In this document: positions 14,885-28,240 of the stretch, one piece after another | Layout of the letters: each line of letters begins with the position of its first letter | Position numbering within the stretch: the first letter of the stretch is position 1 | From: the human T2T-CHM13v2.0 reference genome, Homo sapiens | DNA length: 64,000 bases | Direction: 5' to 3' (one strand) | Assembly (NCBI RefSeq): GCF_009914755.1 | Contig: NC_060933.1 | Notes under the pieces: generated by a model | Databases searched by the model: none | The model's input: the letters and a program-made list of their open reading frames with translations, nothing else | Told to the model about the DNA's origin: nothing | Program-made: the position numbers and the translations under genes

Positions 14885-15424
14885 CCAAGAGACTTTTTAA
14901 TGCTACATTTACTCAATTGGGATATGTACTTCATATAGAAATGAAAGATGAGCGAACTTCAAACATGAGATAAAGATTTCAAAATGTGTCATATCCGGGT
15001 TAAAAGTCTCAGAAAATACTTGTAACAATGAGACACACAGTGCATAAATTCTTAGTAATTTGTTTGTCCTTCAGCCACATGGTGGGACACATACCTAATC
15101 ACACCAATAATAGTATCATGACATACCTTTCACATTATAATGTGCTATATATAATGCTATAACTTGTCATTAAAACATGCAATGAAGTAATAAACACAAA
15201 TGGACTTTGTGGTTAGAATCAAAACTACTTTTTCTAATTTGAAAAAGAAACTGAAAATTGTATAAATGTTCCTCCAAATTGAGTTGTTTCTTAAATTCTT
15301 ATTAACGTTTCATTATATCCCCTCTTCACTTCATTTTCTAATTTAACAATTTACTCGATACTCCCAAGGGTGACATGGCTGTCCTCTATAAAGGCACAGA
15401 ATGTTCAACATGCCCCAAAGAAGG

Positions 15425-15595
15425 CAGAGTGATGGAAAGGACAGACAGCTAGACTGGGAAGAAACAGATCTGTGTTTAGTTGTGCTGTATTAGAAACATC
15501 ACCCAATTCTAGGTTTCAGTTTTCTCATGTTCAAACTAAGTGGAGGAATTAAACTAAACAACTTCTAAGATACTTTCCACCTTTGAAATTTTAGA
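15425..15595 (+). mobile_element. MIR fragment
   Basis: 'tttcagttttctcatg', 'tttctaagatactttccacc'. Confidence 0.5.
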
Positions 15596-15813
15596 CCTCT
15601 GGCTTTTGATTAAATTTCCTGAATGCCAACCTCCTCATCCAGAAGGACTATGCTGAAGGCCACATAAGAAAGTGATGACTTATGTTTACTTGAGCCCCTG
15701 TAATCCCAGTGGAGAGACTGAGATGCCTACCCATGAAGCTGAAGCACATATTTGGAATACGTAATGCTTTGTATTTCTTTAAAAATTTAATTTAGTTCAT
15801 TTTTAAAGAGATT

Positions 15814-16206
15814 TTATTAGTCCATTTTCTGCTGTTTTAACAGAATATCACAGGCTGGGTAATTCATTTTAAAAAAGAAGTTGATTTGGCTCACAGCTCT
15901 GGAGGCTAGGAAGTCCAATAGCATGGCCCCAGCATCTGGTGAGGGCCTTCCCATGCATCATCCGTGGCAGAAGGCATTATGTGGTGAGCAAGTGCATGAG
16001 GTGGAGAGAAAATGGGGGCCAAACTTACCCTTTGATCAGGACCCCACTTCTGAGATAACTAATCCACTCCTGTAACAGCATTAATCCATTCACCAGGCAG
16101 AGCCCTCATGACCTCATCACTTCTCAAAGGCCCCACTCCCCAATACCATTTTATTGGAAATTAAATGTCAGCATGGGTTTTGGAGGGAACATTCAAACCA
16201 TAGCAG
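15814..16206 (-). mobile_element. MaLR solo LTR (MST-like)
   Basis: 'tattagtccatttt...ggctcacagctctggaggct...cattcaaaccatagca'. Confidence 0.85.
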
Positions 16207-17977
16207 AGAAAAAAGGCACTCCTTAGTCTGTGGTGATTAAAAAGGGTGAAGGGAGCAGGAATAAACTCAGCAATTCAGCACCCTGCGTACACCAATCTGA
16301 GAGATATAAAAAATATTTCCTGTTCAGGCAACAAAAACTTAAAAGCCAATAGTTATGGTACGCAAATAACTGATAAGCTAAACTGTATTAACAGTATAAA
16401 CTGTTTTGTATTCCACTCTATATAACTTTACCAGGTAGGTTCCATTCTGGATTATTACAAATAGGGATTTGACATTTCTTTTATAATTGGACGCCTGGGG
16501 TGTACAATAAAAATATTTCAGTCTCTGCACCTCCCCTCTCTGCTTCCTTCTTTTACAATGGCAAATTTCCCTTCTCTTCTACAAGCTGACAAAATACAGC
16601 CTGCTTTCTGGCTCGCATGTACCACATGCTGGTCACACACAGCTGTTTACAAAAATGCAGACTTTTGCTGCCTAGAAGAGTATTTTACCCGGTACTCAGC
16701 AGTTATAGACAAGTGATTATCTTTAAACTCTGATCTTAAATTTGAGTGATGTAAGATGGTTGATTTATTCTTTATAATTATTCCATAAAAATAATAAATA
16801 GATACCTAATCTGAAAGATAGTTACAGATCTTGCTTTATGGAGGTCACTGAATTCTTCAGTGTTCCATGAATAAGACTGTTCGGGTCTAAGAGGTCACAG
16901 CACAAATAGAAAGTAGTGTTGGATACACATTTCTTAGTCTCTACCAACAGAGATCACCAACATGAGAATTGTTCAGAAGGATAACGATGCCTCAAGTATG
17001 TAAGGTATGTCTGTAATACAAATGAAACAGGCATTTGGGGGAGAAAAAACCTTTTGCCTTACTCGAGAGAGGAGCCATTCCAGAGGCTTGCCTGCACGGA
17101 AGTCTGTGGCTCTAGCTGCATTTCAATGCAGTGCTTAGTTTATTCACCAGGGGTCATCAAAGGTCTGGATTTTCTTTGTCTACTTGTTGACTCATATGTA
17201 CTCTCTATATACACTCAAGAACCACTGGATTCTTTAGAATTGTGCATCAGGAGATGTGGCTTGCTTTCCTTCTCCCCACCACTCCAGGCCCACCCCCAGC
17301 ACTTACTCTTTATAGATTTCTACCAGCACACTGCAGCAAGCAAGTCCATTAGATGCATCACAGAAATGCCTTTTCTAACTAAACTAACTTATTTTAAAAA
17401 AAAGAGAGAGAGGAAACATGGTATCTAATTAGGTTTTTAAAAAATAATCATTTTCCAAGGTTAGAAAGTGAAAGGCTTTTCACACTATTGTTTTCTAGAT
17501 TCATGAACCAAATTGCATGCTTGGAAAACAAATGGGTCACGGTTCACTTCTGTTAGATTTCACTTAGTAACTGGGGTCACAGAGGGCCAGATCAGGTCAC
17601 CAGATGAACCAGTTAACACTAGGCTGGGACTTTTTAGTCCCTGTTGAGCAAGTAAATAATGAAAGTTCTCAATGAAGATTTTGTTTCTGGCACGGGTAGG
17701 ATCTCATGGGTCTTGGTGAACCTGATGTCTGGATTGAATACCACCTTTTGTGCAGCTCGCAGTTCCTATCTCAGTTTTCTGTGAAGCACCCTTAAATACC
17801 TTTAGTACATAGCTATTGCAAGTAGTTTGATACTTTCTTACCTCTATCCTCTGAATAAACCAGATTGCATCCTTTGAAAGCTCAAAAGTGAGACATATTT
17901 CAGCCACAACGAGGAGTGGATTCAGCTTATAGCTTCTTCCCAGGGCAACATAGCTTCTATTTATGAATCAGTGGTAT

Positions 17978-19326
17978 TGAGAGGTGACAACCTGCTGACA
18001 GCCCTCTCAGCCCTCGCTCGCTTTCGGCGCCTCCTCGGCCTTGGCGCCCACTCTGGCCCCGCTCGAGGAGCCCTCCAGCCCGCCGCTGCACTGACGGAGC
18101 CCCTTTCTGGGCTGGCCAAGGCCGGAGCCTGCTCCCTCAGCTTGCAGGGAGGTGTGGAGGGAGACGCGCAGGCGGGAACCGGGGCTGCGCGCGGCGCTTG
18201 CGGGCCAGCGCGAGTTCCGGGTGGGCGTGGGTTCAGCGGGCCCGCACTCGGAGCAGCCGACCAGCCGGCAATCCCCGGGCAGTGAGGGGCTTAGCACCTG
18301 GGCCAGCAGCTGCTGTGCTCAATTTCTCGCCCGGCCTTAGCTGCTTCCCTGCGGGGCAGGGCTCGGGACTGCAGCCCGCCATGCCTGAGCCTCCCCCCAC
18401 TCCGTGGGCTCCTGTGCGGCCGGAGTCTCCCCGACGAGCGCCGCCCCCTACTCCACGGCGCCCAGTCCCATCGACCGCCCAAGGGCTGAGGAGCGCGGGC
18501 ACACGGCACGGGACTGGCAGGCAGCTCCACCTGCGGCTGAGTGCGGGATCCACTGGGTGAAGCCAGCTGGGCTCCTGAGTCTGGTGGGGACTTGGAGAAC
18601 CTTTATGTCTAGCTAAAGGATTGTAAATACACCAATCGGCACTCTGTATCTAGCTCAAGGTTTGCAAACACACCAATCGGCACCCCGTGTCTAGCTCAGG
18701 GGTTGTGAATGCACCAGTGGACACTGTATCTAGCTACTCTGGTGGGGAGGTGGCGAACTTTGTGTCTAGCTCGGGGATTGTAAATGCACCAGTCAGCACC
18801 CTGTCAAAACGGACCAATCAGCTCTCTGTAAAATGGACCAATCAGCAGGATGTGGGGGGGGTGGGCGGGGCCAGATAAGAGAATAAAAGCAGGCTGCCCG
18901 AGCCAGCAGTGGCAATCCCCTCAGGTCTTCCTTCGCTGTGTGGAAGCTTTGTTCTTTCGCTCTTTGCAGGAACTCTTGCTGCTGCTCGCTCTTTGGGTCC
19001 ACGCTGCCTTTAGGAGCTGTAACACTCACGGCGAAGGTCCGCAGCTTCACTCCTGAGCCAGCGAGACCACGAGCCCACCGGGAGGAAAGAACAACTCCAG
19101 ACGCGCCGCCTTAAGAGCTGTAACACTCACCGTGAAGGTCCGCAGCTTCACTCCTGAGCCGGCGAGACCACGAACCCACCAGAAGGAAGAAACTCCAAAG
19201 ACGTTCAAACATCAGAAGGAACAAACTCCGGACACGCCACCTTTAAGAACTGTAACACTCACCGCGAGGGTCCATGGCTTCATTCTTGAAGTCAGTGAGA
19301 TCAAGAACACACCAATTCTGGACCCA
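17978..19326 (+). mobile_element. Solo ERV9 LTR (LTR12C-like), full length, 4-bp TSD GTAT
   Basis: Starts TGAGAGGTGAC and ends ...GGACCCA; GTAT at 17974-17977 and 19327-19330. CpG-rich U3, 'tctagct/caccaatc' enhancer repeats, three 'ctgtaacactcac' U5 repeats. Confidence 0.97.
18600..18920 (+). promoter_or_regulatory. LTR12 enhancer/promoter: CCAAT (NF-Y) boxes, GC box, GATA site, AATAAA TATA-like element
   Basis: Four intact CCAAT (~18632, 18673, 18814, 18837) and two mutated to CCAGT; GGGCGGGG 18863-18870; AGATAA 18873-18878; AATAAAA 18882-18888. Matches known ERV9 LTR promoter architecture; activity not shown. Confidence 0.75.
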
Positions 19327-19464
19327 GTATCTCCCCATACCCTAACTCCTTTCCCAAAGTAGGCAGAAAAACAGCCCTGTTGTTCCGGTGGAAGCCTTAG
19401 CTCTGTATTCCTTTTAGACTGTATTTCAAAACGCATTATTAGAGCCCCAAAGTCACCTGGTGAA

Positions 19465-19600
19465 AGAATGTGAGAGCTGGAAGTGGCCTCAAAATCCAGT
19501 TGAACCCTCTTATTTCATATGTTTGGAAACTGAGCACTAGAAAAGGTAAGTACTGCTTCAAGTCAATTGCTGACAAAATGGATCTAGTCTATTTCTATTG
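19465..19600 (-). mobile_element. MIR fragment
   Basis: 'tccagttgaaccctcttatttcata...ggaaactgag' matches antisense MIR. Confidence 0.55.
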
Positions 19601-19905
19601 CATGGTGCCTGTTTCCAAATAAGATGTGGAGAAATCTTAACAATACAAAATACATAAGGTAATACCACAGAAAAAGGCAAACGAGACTATGGAATGAGGA
19701 GGGAGTCAACTATGACAGATGGCACAGGTGGTAAATTTAGCTCTGAACATTCTTGAGATAACCCAGGGCACATGGTAGCAGTTAGGACTCCTCTCTCCAA
19801 AGGTTACTGGTCGTTTTCTTATAGACTTGTCAGGAATGCTATAAAAATACCATGGGACACATGGGGACCATGGTTGTGTCAACAAAAGAAGAGGTTTACC
19901 AAGGC

Positions 19906-20257
<352 letters not shown>

Positions 20258-20833
20258 TTAGGCAAGGCCTTCTGAGAATCAGAAATCTCCACTCCACACC
20301 AGTGTGGAACAAACATTTGGCCAAAATGTACAACAGTGGAGGACACTAATTTTTAGTTAAAAAAAACACCACTACCTATGACCTGTTAGCCTCCTGACAT
20401 AATATGGATGTTACAATCATGAAAAAAGGAGGGGTGGCCCAAGGTAAGGTCAGTTACTTTTTATTTTCTCTTGGCATAAAATCTTTCTTAAAAGGAACTA
20501 GAACACCCTTAAGAAGCAGAATTTGCCCACTGACCACATTCTGTTTTATGTGAAATAATATAACCCAACGTCAACTTCTGCAAAAGCACTACTTTTTCAA
20601 GCATCCTCAAAGTAAGTCACAGTGACAGTTATTTCAAAGTGACATTTACATTGTCAATGGGGAACTGAATAGCTGAAGGGTGAGATAGTGATCTAGAGAA
20701 GATTTAATCCCAGGACCAAGAGGAGGCAGATATCTGTGAGAGAGATAAGGCAGCCTGGAGCTGCTCATAGCTTCTTATATTTAGATGATTGGGAAACACC
20801 GCAAGTTGCAAAAGGCTTTACTAGTTGCTGCTA

Positions 20834-20867
20834 GTGTGTGCGCGTGTGTGTGTGTGTGTGTGTGTGT
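20834..20867. repeat. (TG)n microsatellite with a CG interruption
   Basis: gtgtgtgcgcgtgtgtg... Confidence 0.95.
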
Positions 20868-21249
20868 TCAGGAGAAACTATTGGGAACATGATCTATTTG
20901 CATATGTCTTAATTCATTTTAATTTGGGGGGCTTAAATACTTTGGAATGTATTTCAAAATTCTTTTCTCTCTATCAAGTTATTGTGTGTTTGCTTGTTTG
21001 TTTTTGTTTTGGAGGGTGTTTCTGTGCCTCCTATTTGAAAGAGATTAAGTGTTTTTTAAGGGGCTTTAAGGAACTATGAGGAAAATGAGTAAGTTTCTGT
21101 TTTGTGAGGAGAACAGAAGGTTGCAGAGGGCAGAGATCATAGCCATCGATTATGAAAGTGTCATGATAGCAGATGATGTGCCTCTGCTTTCTGTGAGACA
21201 CAGAATAACAAAATGAGTTTTAGCAAAGAAGACTGTTGACAATCTAAAA

Positions 21250-21620
21250 TGTGTCAGTGAGCAATAGAGAGATCCAGGAACTACCTGAAAAGAAGAATAA
21301 TTGAAAGAACTGGGTTGGTTAGCCTAAAGCTGAGAAGACGTTTAGGCAACATACTATTATAGTTTTCTTAAATAGCCACAGGAGCTATTGAGAGGAAGTT
21401 CAGCTCTGTAGAACCATGACCTGGTGGACAGAAGTTTTGAATAGGCAGGTGCAGCATCAGCACAAGGAAGTCCTTCTTATCAATTGATTGGGTGTCTTAG
21501 ACCTTAAATATTTTCTTACCAATGTCTTTTAGCAGAGGGTGGATGGCGCAACAGGGGTGTTGTAGAGAAGATTCCTGAAGTAGACAGATATTGCATTGGA
21601 TAATCACAAAGGCTCTTCTT
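21250..21620 (+). mobile_element. Ancient L3/CR1 fragment
   Basis: 'gaactgggttggttagcctaaagctgagaagac' resembles the CR1 3' region. Confidence 0.5.
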
Positions 21621-21889
21621 ACTTAATCAAACATGGTGGACTAAAGATAACAAAATAAGATGCAAATAATCTACAAAAGCAACCTATTGAGTACATTTAT
21701 ACTCAAAGCTAAATCAGATGACTAAATATGACTATCTTCCTTTTTGCAAGTCTACTTAGAAGCAAACCTGAGACTTTTCCTTCCCCACCCCCACACGTCA
21801 CTACTCCACTTCCCCTACCCTAATAGTCCAAAGTAATGCGTGAACATGCACTTCAAAAATTAGTAATATATTTTCAGCAAAAGGTAAAG

Positions 21890-22350
21890 GGTATGTGAGA
21901 TAGAATTGTGCTGTAAACACCAGAAAACCCCCAAATAACAGGAGTTTTGATAGAATAATTATTTGTCATATAACAAAATCCAAAGGTACGTATTTGGGGA
22001 CTGGTATGAAAACTCCATGGTGATTTCAAGGGTACAGATGTCTACTTTTCCTTTTCACCATCCTCAGTATGTGGTTTTCCCCTCTTGGTCCAAGATGACT
22101 GCTGGAGCTCCTGCCTACTCCAGGATGGCAGGAAGAAGGAAGGAAAGAAAAAGGCACACCTCTCCACTTTTAAGTAGCTTTGCTAGAACTCTCACAAAAC
22201 ACTTGTATTACATCTCATCAGACTATAAATTCAAAGAAGACCAGGAAATGTAGCTATTATCTGGACAACACTGGCCCAGCTAAAACTCAGATTTCTGTTC
22301 CTACTGGAGAAGAAAAGACTAGATATTGGGAGGTAACTGGAAGTTTCTCC
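21890..22350 (-). mobile_element. Old MaLR LTR (MLT1J/K-like)
   Basis: 'ggtccaagatgactgctggagctcc', 'ggaaatgtagct', 'gatattgggaggtaact'. Confidence 0.6.
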
Positions 22351-23269
22351 TGAGCAGGATTTAGGTATTATACAAAACAACACGTTACTCTCTTGATATC
22401 TGTTTCCCTCAATATTTTAAAGCAAATCTACTTAAAGCAGAGACCAAGTTTTTATAGTGAATGGTAAGGGGGAAGTTTTGAGTGGAATTTTACCATGAAA
22501 AATGATACTAAAATTGTGAAAGCATATTTTATTTTATATTTAATGTAATTTAGGTTATAATATCCATTATTTATTAGGGTTTTTTTGCCAAGAATGAGTT
22601 AAGTGCTGATTATTTAATTTAATGACATTGAAATGAGAATATAATATGATTTAATAATAGGACATTCTTTGTTTCTTTTTGTCTTTGGCTACGTGATCAT
22701 GGGGAGGATATTTGAAAATGTGCATCACTTTTACTAAGAGCTTCTCTTAGGCCTTTGGTATCCACATCATTCTCTTAAATACCTGATCCTAGCATCAAAA
22801 TTCCAGATGTTTCACTTCAAAATTTTCACTGGTCTACTTCTGCCAGACCCTCATTTGTCAGGGACATTCAGTGTGATATGATTAATTTTCTGATAGCACT
22901 TTAATTAACTTCATGAAATCTTGTACCATGTGCAAGATTTGCAACCTCAATTTGCAATCAAGTTCACTACCAGATATTTACACTTTACTATCTAGTAGAG
23001 ACTCATCTAGAAATATTATGACAGATGTATAGAAATAGCTACTACTTTTTAAGAGGGAAGGATGTTTGAATGGGTACTAATAAGTGGGCAATTCATTAGT
23101 AAATATTTTTGCATTAGGAAGACGCTTGTTTCCATATAAAACCTTTTAAGTACAGGATTTTAGATAACAAAGTTTCAGATAATGAGGACTTTCTAATTTA
23201 TTCATTTTTACCCTATATGTTATATTTCAGTTAGGAAGTTAGAAAAATAAATAAAAATGGGATATGTGT

Positions 23270-23480
23270 ACCGAGCACCTACCCTATATCAGGTGCTATG
23301 TTAGAAGCATTTCGCATGCTATTTCTTTTAATCCCCCCATCAGGTCTATAGAATAAGGTCTTAGTTTTCATTTATAAACAGAAAACCTGGACGATCCAAG
23401 TAATTTACAAGTAAAGTCAGCATTGTAGAGCTCTCATTTAAGTCCAAGACTGACTCCAACTCCTGTGTTCTTTACTCTAG
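23270..23480 (-). mobile_element. MIR
   Basis: 'gagcacctaccctatatcaggtgctatg...tttaatcc'. Confidence 0.6.
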
Positions 23481-23659
23481 AAATATGTTATGTTTCAAGG
23501 TTTTGATCAATGTGTGTATACAGAGTGTCATCATTAATGGAAAGGAAAGGCAGGATAGAATGCTTCTTCCCAGTTAGCTTAACATAAATCAGGCTTGAAA
23601 CTTCCCGGAAGGCAGAAGGCTTTTACATCTTTATGTGTTTCTCAGCACCTAGGCATATA

Positions 23660-24340
23660 AATTAGGATGCTTTCAGCTGCAAGTAATTGAAACTCAACTC
23701 AATTGACTTGTGGGCCAGTGATTATCAAAGTATGAACCCTGGACCAGCAACATCAGCATCACCTGAGACCCTGTTAGAAATGCAAATTCTCCACTTCTAC
23801 CCTGGATCTACTGAATCAGAAACTCTGGTGGTGTAGCCCAGTGATCTGTGGTTTAACAGCCCTCCAGGTGATTCTGATGAATGCTAAACTTTGAAAACCA
23901 GTGTTTCAGACAATAAGGAAATTCACTAATTCACTTTCTCACTAAGCAGGAAGTACAAAGGGTATTTCTGGGTACAGCAGGATCAGGGCCAAGTTCTGTT
24001 CCCCATATCTCTCTTACTTCTGTTCTTCTCCACACGTTCACTTTTCCTTGGACTGACTCTGCTTGTAGTCCCACACCCAGAAGCAGAAAATGAGCCATCT
24101 CTTTATCTTTTTCAAAGATTGGAGATACCTTTCCCAGAAATCCTCCCAACAGCCTTGCCCTCATGTTTCAAAGGCCAGAATCCTGTTACCTGACCAGGTC
24201 TTCAGCCAGTTACTGGCAAGTTAGATAAGACTGATGTGATTAGCTGACACCAGTCGAGACCTACCCTCTGCCATATGGCGATACCCAGGAGGAAGCACAC
24301 CTGAATAAAAACAGTATTCTTGTTGGAAGAAGAAAGCAGA
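23660..24340 (-). mobile_element. Old MaLR LTR (MLT1K/L-like) interrupted by MER5A
   Basis: 'ggatgctttcagctgcaagtaa' start; sequence resumes after 23903 with 'cctttcccagaa'. Confidence 0.55.
23716..23903. mobile_element. MER5A, nested in the MLT1 LTR
   Basis: 'cagcatcacctgag...ttagaaatgcaaattctc...actgaatcagaaactctgg...ccctccaggtgattctgatg'. Confidence 0.9.
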
Positions 24341-25329
24341 GAAAGGAGGTGGTATTGGGGTATAGGTATTGCAAAGGCTACTAGCAGTGCCAGCTGTAAA
24401 CATGAACATGGCGGATCCATGCTGCAGCAAATTCTTTGACCCATAAGGACTTCAACTTGAAGTCTGTAAATTTGTTTCGATAATCTTATCATTCTCACTT
24501 GTTAGCCTTTTAAAATTTCAGGTCAAAGGCAGCCTAAAGATCACCACATTTTAAAGTTTTGGCGATTATTGTCTGACATTTAAAGCCAGCTAGACATAAT
24601 AATATATTAAACAGTTTTTAGTAGCATCATTTAGAAGATCTGTTTCATCTATTTTAGTGAAACGTTCTATCTTTTCATACCAGAGCTCTAAGATAATTAT
24701 AATTAAAAGGACACAAAACTATGACTAAAAATATGTATTTTCCTTTTACGGTCTTTGTGCTTCTTCAAATGACAGGTGCTTCTTAAGAAAGGAAATTCTA
24801 TTCATTGCTATCTTTGCTATCTTTTCTCTAGCAAAAAAATAAACTTTAATGACTTTTTAAAAGAGAAAATCTGAAATGATGAACAGATTGCTTTGATCAC
24901 TGCTTTGCTGAACAACTCAGACAGTTGTCTGGAGACAGGTAGGAATACAGCAAATATTTAATTTTTGCTTGATTCACACATGAAGGTATTAGGAAGATTA
25001 GTAATTACCAAATCCTCTACTAGTCAGACATAGATGCCACATAACTCCGCAATTGTTTAGCTGTAATATGAACTGATCTCGGCAGAGGTAGTAAACCGTA
25101 GTTCATAGCCATAACTGCTTGAAAAATATTCATGCAGCCTGCATTTCATTGTTGTTCTGTATCACAGGACTCCTCAGCCTTCCCACTTCTTGAGTCTTTC
25201 AATTACGTGCTTGCCTCATTTATATTGTACATCTGATCAAATACCAAAGAATGTGGATTAGTCACATTCCTACATAAATTTAAACATTATGTAACAAGTG
25301 TCCCAGCAGTTTGAGAATGAACTTGAACG

Positions 25330-25740
25330 TGGCAATCGGGAAGTGCCCTAGGCTGGAATATAGACACTCTCTCTGGCTTCCAACCCTATCTCTGCCACCC
25401 ATCTGCCCAATAATTTGGGGTAATTCACTTTACATGTCTAGGCCTTAGATTTCGGTGTCCAAAATTAGGAGATTGGTATTTGTCTCTAAATTCCCTGCCA
25501 AATCTACTGTCCTGATCACAGAAAGATCAGAGGAGAGGCGGCTCAGCATAGTGTGAAAAATCCTTAGATTCACATCTCAGGTCAGCTACTTATTAACTGT
25601 GTGACCTTGGGCAAATTATTTAAAATATCTGAGACTGTTTTCTCATGGGTAGAATAGAGATAATATCAACCTCCCTCTCAGGTTGTTATGAGACTTGGAG
25701 AAAAATATACTGGAAGTAGCTAGCATTGTTAATGTTAGCG
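25330..25740 (+). mobile_element. Two MIR fragments
   Basis: 'ctgtgtgaccttgggcaaattattt...ctgttttctcat'. Confidence 0.65.
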
Positions 25741-25954
25741 TTGTTACTACAATAATTTAAATGGAGAGGAAGAACTCCACCTTATTTTTTTTTCCATACT
25801 CTTCACTACTAAAGTTTCTGGGACAAGGGGAAGGAAAAAAAGTGGTAAAAGATTGTGTCAATATCTCATGTCTCCACTTTTCTGTCACCCGTTTATTCAT
25901 TGACTCCCTTACTGCCAAGATGACAGTTGACGACAGACATTTTTCTACTCTGCA

Positions 25955-26266
25955 CAAACTTAACGTGCTTCAGAATCCTCTGCAGGGCTTCTTAAAACAC
26001 AGATTGCTGGTCCCCAGTCCCGGAGCTTCTGCTGCAGTAGGTCTGAGAGCCTGGATCTCCTACATACCTACGGGAGCTGCCGCTGGTGGTCTGAGGACCA
26101 CATTAGGTTGATGAGTAGAATTTCTTTGAGAAGTTTATAAAAGAATACAAGTTTCTAGACCTACTCTTGGAGGTTATGATTCAGTAAGGCTGGCTGGCTC
26201 CTAGGAATCTCTATTTTTAAAGCTCCCCAGGTGATCCTCACGTTTAGCAGGTTTGGGAACAGCGAC
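25955..26266. mobile_element. Two adjacent MER5-family fragments (MER5A-like and MER5B-like)
   Basis: 'ttaaaacacagattgctgg' and 'tgattcagtaag...ctccccaggtgat...gtttgggaac'. Confidence 0.65.
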
Positions 26267-27107
26267 TCTATTTCTAATTCCAGTGGTGAATGTGTTCCCA
26301 AAACCTCCTGGTGGTTTTGTTGATGCAGCAATTTCCTCTTGTAATTCTTAATCCTTCTGGGTCTCTCCTTCAATTCCATTTTCAAATACCATCATTCAGA
26401 GTCACCTCAACTTTTCTTTCTTTCTAGATTAATGTGATTTCTTCCTGTTTTTGATCCCTGCTATTAGCAGAAGCTGGAAGTCCTAATGCCTTATAATACT
26501 GTGTTTCTGCCTCTCAAGACATTTATCTTTCTATATCTTTTATTTGTGTTGTTCATTCCCCCTCACCTCAGCTCTTCTCCCCAACACCACTAATAAGGTC
26601 CTTCAGGGCAAAGACTGGATTCTATTCAAAGAATGCCCTAGTACAGAGACTTGTAAATAGTAGGTGATCAAAACAAAGATGTTGAAACTAAATTTGATCA
26701 CACAAGAAAGCCAGTTATCACCATCTCCACCATCACTGTCATAGACCTATGTCTTTTCTCAAATGTTTTGGTAGTAATAGCTAACACTTATTAAGCTAAC
26801 TTTATGGACTTTCTGCATGCGAGGCACTATTCCAAGCACTTAACCTATATCAACTGGTGTAATTCATGTAATTAGCTCAAGGCATCTTGCAATCAAGTCA
26901 TTTTTCCCCCTTAAACAACTGCTGTAAGCTCAGAGCAGCCCCAACCATTTCCAGCAGGTAGGCAAAAATGAAGAGACCAGATGAGGAAAAGACAGAAGTC
27001 ATAGCCGGACAGAGAACTACATCCCTGCTCTGTGAGTCAGAAAACCCTAACCTCTGCAGTGCTGGCTCTGCAGCCCTTAATATAGTCCCTCAACACCGTT
27101 TGAAATG

Positions 27108-27353
27108 ATCATGCTGTTCTTGTGATGGTGAATACATCTCATGAGAGCCAATGATTTTATAAAGGGGAGTTCCCCTGTACATTCCCTGTCTTGCCTGCTG
27201 CCATGTAAGATTTGCTGTTGCTTCTTTGCCTTCCACCACGATTTTGAGGCCTCCCCAGCCATGTGGAATTGTAAGTCCATAAAACCTCTTTCCTTTGTAA
27301 ATTACGCAGTCTTAGGTATGTCCTTATTAGCATAGTGAGAACAGACTAATACA
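27108..27353 (+). mobile_element. THE1-type MaLR LTR, 5' part missing
   Basis: 'gaggcctccccagccatgtggaa...aaacctctttcctttgtaaatta...gaacagactaataca'. Confidence 0.9.
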
Positions 27354-27359
27354 AATGCT

Positions 27360-28240
27360 TTTGGACACCCATGGTTTAGGGAGCATTCTGTTGGTGGGGA
27401 TCAGAGGTGCTATATACCTTGCAATGGGCAGACAATCCTGTATGATGAAGAATTGTCCTGCCTCAAGTGAATTTTCTAAAGTCAAGACTATTTCAATTTG
27501 AGAAGCTAGGCATTCTGGTAAGTGAAGAACTTGTTTTTGATAATCCAAGCGTAGATCCTTACTTGGTTTAACATATAAACAGCAAGTCGTTTTGCATGAT
27601 TGTAACATGCACTGAATTTTCCAGATGAAAATTCCCACGTAAATTGAAAGAATACAGAATTTAGTTTTGTTCAGAACTTTTCCAAAGATTATTTGTCATT
27701 TTGTAATTTACATCATTGATGCTTCTTGTGGTATCTGAGTCACAAATGTAACACATCTGTTTCAATTTTTGTTTGTAACTAGTATTCACAGTGATTTATG
27801 AACTTGTTTATATATAAACACAAATATTCATATCTACACATATCTATGCATCTACATACATGCATAAATACACACATATATGTATATTACCCTTATTTTA
27901 AGCATGTAAAAAATTTAGAGTGATACTAGTTGAATATTATCTTAATTTCAAACTTTACAAATTTTAAGTATATATAAGCATTTGACTACTTTATTATTCT
28001 CTTTAGTGTAGTTGTACCTACATATATACATATTGAAACACATATTATTTGATTATAGATCACCTTACTCTTCACTGTCTTTGTAGTACACTTAAAGCAT
28101 TATATGGGTGTTTTCGAAATTATGCTTGTAGATAAACTATTTTATCTATGAAGGAAATTTCAGAATAGTGAAAGGGCCAACACAAAATATATACTCTCTA
28201 GAGGGAGAGCTGGGACTGAGAATGTTGAGAACTACTACAC
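27360..28240. mobile_element. hAT-Charlie element (MER20B-like)
   Basis: MER20-like 'gaggtgcta...cagacaatcc...gaagaattgtcc' and terminal 'gttgagaactact'. Family call tentative. Confidence 0.45.

Noticed and set aside
17830-17970. Minus-strand GAG|GTAAGA donor upstream of the LTR12
   Set aside because: No clear matching acceptor or ORF; isolated donor motifs are frequent.
18600-19270. Regularly spaced direct repeats (tctagct.../ctgtaacactcac...) superficially like a CRISPR array
   Set aside because: They are the standard U3 and U5 tandem repeats of ERV9 LTRs. The 'spacers' are homologous to each other, and the DNA is primate with no cas genes.
17971-19436. GC-rich overlapping ORFs and CpG island suggesting a gene's first exon
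   Set aside because: Entirely explained by the LTR12 sequence; open frames reflect high GC content.
24874-24912. ATGATGA ... CTGA resembling snoRNA C/D boxes
   Set aside because: Only ~35 nt apart with no terminal stem; too short for a C/D snoRNA.
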